A program made the translations under genes and the position numbers. From the NCBI GenBank assembly GCA_965263035.1, contig OZ253580.1, positions 3,200,001 to 3,264,000 on the forward strand: 64,000 nucleotides of DNA, written 5' to 3'. The notes beneath the pieces are model-generated. The model was given only the letters and a program-made list of their open reading frames with translations, was not told where the DNA came from and searched no databases. This document shows, in pieces, positions 56,758 to 64,000 of this stretch; position 1 is the first letter of the stretch, and each line of letters begins with the position of its first letter. This DNA is from Acidobacteriota bacterium (GTDB taxonomy: Bacteria > Acidobacteriota > UBA6911 > RPQK01 > JAJDTT01).

Positions 56758-57897
56758 ATGGTCCAAGCTCTTCGAGGAGTGTCCCCACCCCCGAAATCGG
56801 TCGGCAATTCCCGGACCCGGATGATTTTCAAGAACCCGACACGATATCTGCAACCGGCTGGTAAGATGGTGAAGCTTGATAGCAGCCTGGAAATGCGGAT
56901 GCCGGCCTCTATGACCTGTCTTCGAATCGGCGCACTGTCGCGACCGTTCCTCCTGAGCGCGCTCTGCTCGTTCGGTTTGCTGCTGGCCTGTCTGGTCGTC
57001 GAAGCTCAGCGTGGGGGTCCGCCCCGGCGGCTGGAGAACCCGAAAGACCTCACGCTCCCCAACAAGTCCCGGCTGGAGTTTCGAAGCTACCGATCCTCCG
57101 CCCTGGGGTTGGATGCGGATTACAGCGTCCTGCTCCCGCCGAGCTACGATGAGGAATCGGACAGGAAATTTCCCATCGTCTATTTCCTGCATGGATTGAA
57201 CAACGACCACACGAGTTGGGCGACCCCTCGCTACGGGGATCTTCCGGCCCGCATCGACCTCCTGATGAGCCAGGGGAAGTTACCCCATTTCGTCATGGTC
57301 CATCCCGACGGCCAGAACAGTCTCTACACCGATTCTCCTGACGGGACCGGGAGCTACGAGAGCTACATTCGCGGCGATCTGGTGCAGGAGATGCAGGAAC
57401 GGTACAGGGTTCGGGCCGATGCCGCGGGCCGCGCCATCGGGGGAGTGTCCATGGGTGGGTACGGCGCGCTCAAGATCGCGATGAAGCACTCCGGACTCTA
57501 CGCCTCGGCCGCCGGAGTTTCCCCCATCGTGTTTCTGGGCGAGGATCCCTTTGTGAGCCTCCGTTCCAACCCTTCCCGCAGATCCGCATACTTCCTCCGT
57601 CTGGTGGAAAAGGCCTTCGGCAACCCCATGGACCAGGGCCATTGGAAGCAGAACAGCCTGGAAGTGCTGGCCCGAACCGTCTCCTTGGCCGGCCTGAATC
57701 TCTATTTCTCGTATGGTACCGCCGACCGTTACAACCGCCTTTTCCCCATGGAACAAGGTGTCAAGTCGCTGGCACGCATTCTCCGGGAGCGGGGGATCTC
57801 CCACCAGTGCATGATCTTCGAGGGAGAGCCGCACGGGTGGGAACTCGTGGCGGGCCATCTGGAGGAGACGCTTGCGTTTCTGACCCAGACCTTTTGA
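56758..57897 (+). CDS. Alpha/beta hydrolase-fold esterase, probably exported (true start likely further downstream)
   Basis: LLPPSY, YFLHG, GGVSMGGYGA, H.W; hydrophobic signal-like segment. Confidence 0.85.
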   Translation: MVQALRGVSPPPKSVGNSRTRMIFKNPTRYLQPAGKMVKLDSSLEMRMPASMTCLRIGALSRPFLLSALCSFGLLLACLVVEAQRGGPPRRLENPKDLTLPNKSRLEFRSYRSSALGLDADYSVLLPPSYDEESDRKFPIVYFLHGLNNDHTSWATPRYGDLPARIDLLMSQGKLPHFVMVHPDGQNSLYTDSPDGTGSYESYIRGDLVQEMQERYRVRADAAGRAIGGVSMGGYGALKIAMKHSGLYASAAGVSPIVFLGEDPFVSLRSNPSRRSAYFLRLVEKAFGNPMDQGHWKQNSLEVLARTVSLAGLNLYFSYGTADRYNRLFPMEQGVKSLARILRERGISHQCMIFEGEPHGWELVAGHLEETLAFLTQTF

Positions 57898-57930
57898 TCC
57901 GGAGTCGGTGACCGGCAATTCCAGCGGCAG

Positions 57931-58974
57931 TCAGGACGGATCGCGGTCCAATCGAAGCACCACCTTTCCGAACTGGCGTTGAGACTGCAGGTGCTCCAGG
58001 GCAGCGGAGGCATCTTCAAAGTCGAAGCTCCGATCGATACAGGGGAGGAGTTTTCTCCGGCCCAAAAGCCGTACGATCTCGGCAAACTCTTGCTGGTTAC
58101 CCATGGTGGAGCCGAGAATATCGATCTGCTTCCAGAAGATGAGGCGGATCTCGGTGGCCGGGTTGGGTCCGGTGGTGGCCCCACAGGTCACGATCCTGCC
58201 TCCCTTTCGGACCATCTTGAGGCTCTGAAGCCAAGTCGAGGCGCCCGGGCCCTCCACCACCAGATCGACGCCTCGCCGATTCGTATTCCGGAAAACCTCT
58301 CTGGCCACGTCGCATTGGGTGTAGTCGTAGCAAAAGTCGGCCCCCAGCCGGCGAGCCTGCTCGAGCTTTTCTGAAGAGGAGGAGCTGACCCAGATGCGCG
58401 CCCCCGACAGCTTGGCGATGGCCAGGGCCGCGGAGGCGACGCCTCCCCCGATCCCGTGTATGAATACGTCCTCCCCCGGCTTCAACCGGCCTCGGGTGCA
58501 GACCATTCTCCATGCGGTCAGATTCACCAGCGAGAAAGCCGCCGCCTCCTCGAAGGTCACACCATCGGGAATCCGGGCCAGATTGCGGGCGGGGGCCGCA
58601 AAAAATTCGGAATAGACCCCGGGGCCGTGCTCTCCGACCAGACCGTAGCGGGCACAGAGACTCTGTTCACCGGCCTGGCAGAACTCGCATTCCGTACACC
58701 AGATCCCGGGATTGAGCATGACCCGGTCCCCGGCCTGGAGACCCTCCACCCCGGCGCCAAGTTGGCGGACCACCCCGGCGGCATCCGAGCCCAACACGTG
58801 GGGCAACTGCTGCTTGATACCCGGAATGCCCTCCACGACGAACAGGTCCAGATGGTTCAGGGCCGCGGCACGGGTCTCCACCAGCACCTCGCCTCTGCGG
58901 ATTCGGGGTGTGGGGACATCGTCAATCCGGACCTGGTCCAGGGTTCCGTGTCGATGGATCACGACGGCTTTCAT
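57931..58974 (-). CDS. MDR family zinc-binding oxidoreductase
   Basis: AALNHLD, LGSDAAG (no catalytic-Zn GHE), structural-Zn CX2CX2CX7C, GIGGGVA, FGKVVL. Confidence 0.9.
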   Translation of the reverse strand: MKAVVIHRHGTLDQVRIDDVPTPRIRRGEVLVETRAAALNHLDLFVVEGIPGIKQQLPHVLGSDAAGVVRQLGAGVEGLQAGDRVMLNPGIWCTECEFCQAGEQSLCARYGLVGEHGPGVYSEFFAAPARNLARIPDGVTFEEAAAFSLVNLTAWRMVCTRGRLKPGEDVFIHGIGGGVASAALAIAKLSGARIWVSSSSSEKLEQARRLGADFCYDYTQCDVAREVFRNTNRRGVDLVVEGPGASTWLQSLKMVRKGGRIVTCGATTGPNPATEIRLIFWKQIDILGSTMGNQQEFAEIVRLLGRRKLLPCIDRSFDFEDASAALEHLQSQRQFGKVVLRLDRDPS

Positions 58975-58995
58975 GAGATCGATTTCCTGCAGAGG

Positions 58996-59823
58996 TCAGG
59001 GGTGATAGTAAGGTTTACGCAGCAGACGGGCCTTGGTCTCGTCGGTCGCCGCCCTCCGCATCAATTCGGGAGACGCCTCGCATCCCGGCCAGTCCACCAT
59101 GTAGGAGGGGCCGTACTGATACAGCAGCCAGAGCTTCGACTCGGTGCGGGACCTTTTCATGCAGTGGGAAATGCCCTCGCTGAAGATCACGGCGGAGCCC
59201 GCAGACAGGGGGAGATCCTTCAAGGTCGCAACGCTCTCGGGAGGACGCCGCCCGTAGGGGTGCGGGTAATTGCTCTTGTGACTGGAAGGAATGACGGAAA
59301 AGGAACCCTCTCCGCTCCCGGTGTCGCCGAGGGCAATGAGACAGGAGACCAGCAGGCAGCGGAACTCGCCGTCGATGAAACAGCGATACCGCGTGTAGCG
59401 CCGGGGGTCGGCGAGGCCGCCCTGAGAGATATGCCCTGAGATTCCGGGTTCGCGAACGATGGCGCGGGACGAGACCAGGCGAATCTGATCTCCCCAGATG
59501 AGCTGCTGCATGGCCTGGACCAGCCGCCCGTGGACGAACGCCTGTTCCAGTATCCCGCCGCCCTCGACGACGTTGAGAAGCTCGGCCTCGGGGCCGTTGC
59601 GGCGAAGCGTCACGTGGTCCGGGGGGCTGAAGAGACTTCTCTCGACCTGCCGGGAGGCTTCGCGGACCTGTCTGGAGCTCAGGAAGTCCTCCAGGATCAG
59701 GTAGCCCGTGATGTCGAAACCGTATCGCTCTTCGTCCGTCAGATACGCGACGCCGGTCCCGGTCTGAAAGGGCCGGATGTTCTTCTCTTCCTCTCTCTGC
59801 TGATAGAGCCTCGTTTCGACCAT
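58996..59823 (-). CDS. PhyH-fold Fe/2OG oxygenase-like protein with a degenerate metal site
   Basis: YGFDITGYLILEDFLS, F.VIPSSHK, AGSAVIFSEGISH; no proximal HxD. Confidence 0.8.
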   Translation of the reverse strand: MVETRLYQQREEEKNIRPFQTGTGVAYLTDEERYGFDITGYLILEDFLSSRQVREASRQVERSLFSPPDHVTLRRNGPEAELLNVVEGGGILEQAFVHGRLVQAMQQLIWGDQIRLVSSRAIVREPGISGHISQGGLADPRRYTRYRCFIDGEFRCLLVSCLIALGDTGSGEGSFSVIPSSHKSNYPHPYGRRPPESVATLKDLPLSAGSAVIFSEGISHCMKRSRTESKLWLLYQYGPSYMVDWPGCEASPELMRRAATDETKARLLRKPYYHP

Positions 59824-59837
59824 GACTTCCCGTTCGG

Positions 59838-60665
59838 CTAACCGGATTCAGATGCGCGAAAGGGCGAAAGATTGAAACCTGGCGCCGATTCGAAGGGCTG
59901 CGGTCCCTGGACCAGTTCCAGTTGCCGTGGCGTGGCCCGCTCCTCGAAACCGGTCGCGGTCTCGATCTGATCGTCCCACGCCGCCTGGAACGAGGGTGCG
60001 TAGGAAGCGAAGATGGTGCGCCGGATCTTCCGGCTCCGATTCCTGACGGCGCCATGAGTCAGGTCCTCGGAGAAGATGACCGCGTCACCCGCCCGGCAGG
60101 GACAGGTCTGAACCAGGGGATGGTTCTCATCGGGATTCTCCAGATGAAGGGGGCTCGCAAAATTTCCCTTGTGACTTCCCGGAATCACGGCGAACGCTCC
60201 CTCGTGCACGTCCACATCCGTCAGGGCATAACCCACCTTGACGCTCACGCATTCGAAGCGGCTCCGATTGTAGGCGAATTCACTGTAGGAGAGGAGCTCC
60301 GAGTAACCGTGGTGAAAGACGGTGGCCCGGCCGGGACAACGGGACAGGAGGTGCAGAGCGTCAAGTCGGATCGGAACCGAGATCATGGCCTCCATGTAGG
60401 GCAGCACCGCGGGCCAATCGATGAGTCGCTCGAAGACTCCCCCGTATTTGAGCAGGGTGCAGGAATAGTCGCGGCACCCGGTAGAACCGGCCGGTTCGTC
60501 CGGGTAGTAGCTCCGGGTCAGCCCGATGGCGCGGATCTCGTTGTCGGACAGGGCTTCCAGCTGGTCCAGCTCCCGGTTCAACTCGTCCACGAGACTCGGG
60601 GGGAGAACTCCCGGAAAAATGAGGTGGCCATTGAGGTCAAAGAGATAGGTCTCTTCAGGGGTCAT
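59838..60665 (-). CDS. PhyH-fold Fe/2OG oxygenase with an HxG motif (candidate halogenase)
   Basis: YLFDLNGHL, FHHG, F.VIPGSHK, AGDAVIFSEDLTHG, RR. Start placed at MTPEET. Confidence 0.85.
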   Translation of the reverse strand: MTPEETYLFDLNGHLIFPGVLPPSLVDELNRELDQLEALSDNEIRAIGLTRSYYPDEPAGSTGCRDYSCTLLKYGGVFERLIDWPAVLPYMEAMISVPIRLDALHLLSRCPGRATVFHHGYSELLSYSEFAYNRSRFECVSVKVGYALTDVDVHEGAFAVIPGSHKGNFASPLHLENPDENHPLVQTCPCRAGDAVIFSEDLTHGAVRNRSRKIRRTIFASYAPSFQAAWDDQIETATGFEERATPRQLELVQGPQPFESAPGFNLSPFRASESG

Positions 60666-60816
60666 TCCGGCAATTCTCCAGTCTGGATCGGGAATACGAT
60701 TCTGGCCACGGTCACCGCCGGGGTGTCTCCAACGCCCGGATTCTAACACTTCCGATCCTTCCATTTCCCCAGCTTCGGCCGGGCCTGGTCAACAACCCGG
60801 TTAGAATAGGCGCGGC

Positions 60817-61932
60817 ATGGAAAACCTGGCTCATTCACTGGTGGGGGTGGCTCTGTCCCGGGCCGGGTTGGGAAGAAAGACCCCCTACGGCGCCACGTCG
60901 CTGGTGGTGGCTGCGAACCTGCCGGATCTGGATATCGTCGTGAGTTGGTGGGGCCCGCTCCACTATCTCCACCATCATCGGGGCGTGACCCATTCGGTGT
61001 TGGGCGTCCTGGTGCTGGCCCTGGCGTTTTCCCTGTTGCTCAAGTTTCTGGCCCGGTTCCGATCCGGAGACAAGACGTTTCCATTCGGTCCTCTCCTCTT
61101 GAGCGTCACCCTGACCCTGGTCAGCCATTCCCTGCTGGACTGGACCAATTCCTATGGCATCCGTCCCTGGCTGCCGTTTTCCGGGAAGTGGTACTACGGC
61201 GATCTGGTTTTCATCGTGGATCCCTACCTCTGGTTGATTCTGGGAGGAGCCGTATTCCTGACGGCCCGACGAACACGCGTGACGCGCCCGGTGTGGATCG
61301 CGGTTGTGGCCTTCATCTGCTTCTTGTTGCTGAAAAATGCGGAGGTTCGGCCCGACGGAGCCGTAGTGGCCGTGGTCTGCTTGTCGGCGATGGCCTTGAT
61401 CCTGATCCTGAAGAGGCAGCGGGCGGTCTGGAGTGGTTCCCTTAACGTCTGGGCTCTGGCCGGAGTCGCGGCCTACTGGGTCCTATTGTTGGCCTCTCGG
61501 ACCTTGACGTTGGCAGCAGCGGCTCCCGCCATCGCTCGAGCATATCCGCAGGTGCGGGCGGAGGAGCTGAACGCGCTGCCCCGCTTGGCCAATCCGTTGA
61601 GTTGGGAGGTCCTATGGCAGGATCGGAAACGGATCCATGCCTGGCGAGCATCCGTGTCGGGAGGGGAGCCGGGGAGAAGCCAGGTGCTTGAGAGACATCT
61701 GGACCATGATGCGGTCCGAGCCGCCCTCGCCACTTGCCCCGGACGCGTAATGGCGGGTTTCGGTCGGCTTACTTTCTACGATGTGATACCGGAACCGGAC
61801 CGAATACTGGTCCTGGCCCGGGATGCCCGGTTCGCTCGATTGCAGACTTCCGGATTCGGTGTCGTCCCCATACCCCTGAGTCGCGACCTCTCGCGAAGCC
61901 TGAGCCCATTGGCCTGTCCGTGCCAGGATTGA
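60817..61932 (+). CDS. Membrane metal-dependent hydrolase (YdjM/DUF457-like)
   Basis: NLAHSL, NLPDLD, HHRGVTHS, SHSLLDWTN.YG, FIVDP. Confidence 0.88.
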   Translation: MENLAHSLVGVALSRAGLGRKTPYGATSLVVAANLPDLDIVVSWWGPLHYLHHHRGVTHSVLGVLVLALAFSLLLKFLARFRSGDKTFPFGPLLLSVTLTLVSHSLLDWTNSYGIRPWLPFSGKWYYGDLVFIVDPYLWLILGGAVFLTARRTRVTRPVWIAVVAFICFLLLKNAEVRPDGAVVAVVCLSAMALILILKRQRAVWSGSLNVWALAGVAAYWVLLLASRTLTLAAAAPAIARAYPQVRAEELNALPRLANPLSWEVLWQDRKRIHAWRASVSGGEPGRSQVLERHLDHDAVRAALATCPGRVMAGFGRLTFYDVIPEPDRILVLARDARFARLQTSGFGVVPIPLSRDLSRSLSPLACPCQD

Positions 61933-61945
61933 GGTGGATGACATC

Positions 61946-61972
61946 CGTCGGGGCGACCCTCGTGGTCGCCCT
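61946..61972 (+). repeat. GTAG-type REP-like palindrome
   Basis: cgtcggggcgaccctcgtggtcgccct between convergent genes. Confidence 0.6.
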
Positions 61973-62007
61973 GGGTTCAGGATACGCAGGCTGGAGCGCA
62001 GAACGAG

Positions 62008-63003
62008 TTAACGCGCCTTCTCTTCGCGCAGCTTCCTGGTGAGCGCCGGCACGATCTCGACGAGGTCACCGACGATGCCATAGTTGGCCAGGTTGAAGAT
62101 GGGAGCGTCGGGGTCGGTGTTGATGGCGACGATGTTGGCCGAGTTCCTCATTCCCACCACGTGTTGAATGGCGCCGGAGATGCCGCAGGCAATGTACAGG
62201 CGGGGTGCCACCGATTGGCCGGAGCTGCCGATCTGGCGGTCCCGTTCCAGCCACTCGCTGTCGACGGCCGCCCGGCTGGCGCCCAACTCGGCTCCCAGGA
62301 CCTCTGCCAGTTCCTCCAGGAGACGCAGGTTTTCCTTTCGCTTGATGCCCCGGCCTGCGGCCACGATCATGTCCGCCTTGGTCAGGTCCACTTTCTCCTT
62401 CACGGCGCCGACGGTTTCCACGACGGTGCGGCGATGGGCCAGTCCCGAAAGATCGACGGTCCGTTCCACCACAGTGGCATCGCCCTCCAGCAGGTCGTTG
62501 CCGGCGCCGGCTCCCGACTGAAACGTGGCGATCCAGGGATGCGGAGACCGGACCCGAACATCCGCATTGATTCGATTTCGAAACATCTGGCGGACGAAGA
62601 TCATGCTCTCGCCGTCGATTCTGCAGTCGATGCAGTCCGTCACCAGTCCGCACTTCAGGGACGCGGCCAGCTTGGGGGCCAGATCGATGTTCTGGTAGCT
62701 GTGACCCATCAGGAAGGCCAGGGGACGGTCCTGCGCCAGCACCTGGGTCAGGGCCTGACAGTGGGCGTCCGGGTCGTACCCGTCGAATCTCTGGTCAGAG
62801 ACAACCAGGGCCGCATCGACCCGCATTTGGGCCACCTGGTCCACCGGGGACCGGTTCGGTCCGCAGAGGAGCAGTGCTTTGACCCTTAGTCCGTGCGAGT
62901 GCCCGAGTTGCTGAGCCAGGGCAAGAGTTTCCCGGGAGAGGGTGTCCACTCGTCCATTGGAGTGGTCCAACAATACGTAGATCTCACCCGGCATCTTTTT
63001 CAC
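62008..63003 (-). CDS. etfA: Electron transfer flavoprotein alpha subunit
   Basis: GRG, GASRAAVD, QIGSSG, YIACGISGAIQH..GM, AINTD..APIF. Confidence 0.96.
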   Translation of the reverse strand: MKKMPGEIYVLLDHSNGRVDTLSRETLALAQQLGHSHGLRVKALLLCGPNRSPVDQVAQMRVDAALVVSDQRFDGYDPDAHCQALTQVLAQDRPLAFLMGHSYQNIDLAPKLAASLKCGLVTDCIDCRIDGESMIFVRQMFRNRINADVRVRSPHPWIATFQSGAGAGNDLLEGDATVVERTVDLSGLAHRRTVVETVGAVKEKVDLTKADMIVAAGRGIKRKENLRLLEELAEVLGAELGASRAAVDSEWLERDRQIGSSGQSVAPRLYIACGISGAIQHVVGMRNSANIVAINTDPDAPIFNLANYGIVGDLVEIVPALTRKLREEKAR

Positions 63004-63061
63004 CGCCGTATTCTGACCGCGCGCCTTTCGGAACCCTTGCCTTTTGCCCGTGCGGGGGAAT

Positions 63062-63080
63062 GGGGGACATAATGTCCCCC
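63062..63080. repeat. Perfect palindrome between etfB and etfA
   Basis: gggggacat-a-atgtccccc; no U-tract. Confidence 0.5.
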
Positions 63081-63086
63081 CTCCTA

Positions 63087-63869
63087 TTACAGAACCTTTG
63101 CCTCTCGTCTGAGCCTGTCCACCAGCGTCGAGGCGATTTCATCCGGTGTGCCCTCGATCATCTCCGCCTTGCTGGTCTGTTCCGGGAAATAGAGGCGTTC
63201 GATCTCCAAGTGAGGCATGGAAGAGAAGTCCAACTCCAGATCGCCCAACTCGATCTTCCGGATTTCCTTGCGCCTGGCCTGCATGATTCCCCGCAATGTC
63301 GCATAGCGGATCTGAGAGATTCCGGCCTGGATGGTCAAGACGGCCGGGAGGGGAATCTCGACCCACTCGAACCATCCGCTTTCCATCTCCCGGAGGGCCC
63401 TGACGCTTCCTCGATCCATTTGGACCTGGACCTGCATGACGATGGTGGCGTGGGGAAGGCTCAGGAGGTGGGCCAGCATGGGCCCCGTCTGCGCGTAGCC
63501 GTAGTCGTCGGATTGAGTCCCGGTCAGGATCAGGTCATATTCCTGGTCCCGCAAAACCTTCTCCAGGGCCGCGGCGACCCGGTAGGGACTCGAAAGCTCA
63601 CGCTCCCGGTCCAGGATCAAGACGCCTCGATCGGCCCCCATGGCCAGACCCTTGCGCATCGATTTCTCCGCTTCGGCCCGGCCGGCGGTGAGCAGGACCA
63701 CCTCCCCTTGATGCTGTTCCTTGAGCTTCAGAGCCTCCTCGAGGGCGTACTCGTCGCATTCGCTGATCTCGTGGGTGACTTCCGCATTCCCGATCCAGGA
63801 AGAATCGGGCGACAGTTCATAGCGGGTGTCTCGACTGGGAGTTTCCTTGAGGCAGGTGACGACCTTCAT
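63087..63869 (-). CDS. etfB: Electron transfer flavoprotein beta subunit
   Basis: MKVVTCLK, DEYALEEAL.LKE, LAMGAD, G.QS.D, RYATL.GIM.A. Confidence 0.95.
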   Translation of the reverse strand: MKVVTCLKETPSRDTRYELSPDSSWIGNAEVTHEISECDEYALEEALKLKEQHQGEVVLLTAGRAEAEKSMRKGLAMGADRGVLILDRERELSSPYRVAAALEKVLRDQEYDLILTGTQSDDYGYAQTGPMLAHLLSLPHATIVMQVQVQMDRGSVRALREMESGWFEWVEIPLPAVLTIQAGISQIRYATLRGIMQARRKEIRKIELGDLELDFSSMPHLEIERLYFPEQTSKAEMIEGTPDEIASTLVDRLRREAKVL

Positions 63870-64000
63870 TTCCGGAACAGTCTTTCGAACATCTCCCGGG
63901 GTTCCAACGGCCGCTCCCTTACCGAAGTGGTCGCTTTCTCCAAAGCCGTTCGAATCTCGAAGAACCGGCAATCGTTACGGTCGTTCTTGTTGGCAACTCT

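Noticed and set aside
56879-56893. tagcagcctggaaa as another MITE B end
   Set aside because: Only about 8 matching bases; compatible with chance.

Overview
High-GC bacterial chromosomal window. Gene content and style suggest Acidobacteriota: an RsbW/STAS pair, a DUF1501-PSD1 cytochrome pair, a Trm112-GT9 pair and PhyH paralogues; this is inference only. Most genes are housekeeping: uvrB, aroA-aroK, clpB/grpE, yebC-ruvC, truA-uppS-cdsA-dxr-rseP, dtd, yacG-pgpA-cinA-thpR, moxR-DUF58-transglutaminase, pyrF, ruvA-ruvB, cysE, mutY, dcp and etfBA. No rRNA, tRNA, CRISPR array or transposase was seen. Main signals: (1) an operon of two PhyH-fold Fe/2OG oxygenases plus an MDR reductase, where one oxygenase has a halogenase-type HxG motif and the other lacks the proximal Fe ligand; (2) two families of ~160-bp foldback MITEs. 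Family A has four 159-bp copies with 4-bp target duplications; one copy is nested in a family B element and one replaces the 3' end of an ABC ATPase gene. Family B is TA-flanked, and its ends form extended -10 boxes in front of three genes; (3) a B12 mutase with isobutyryl-CoA-mutase specificity residues; (4) many genes with leaderless-type promoters; (5) a methyltransferase pseudogene that has lost its SAM-binding loop; (6) a yacG gene missed by the ORF track. All product calls come from motif recognition, not database searches.
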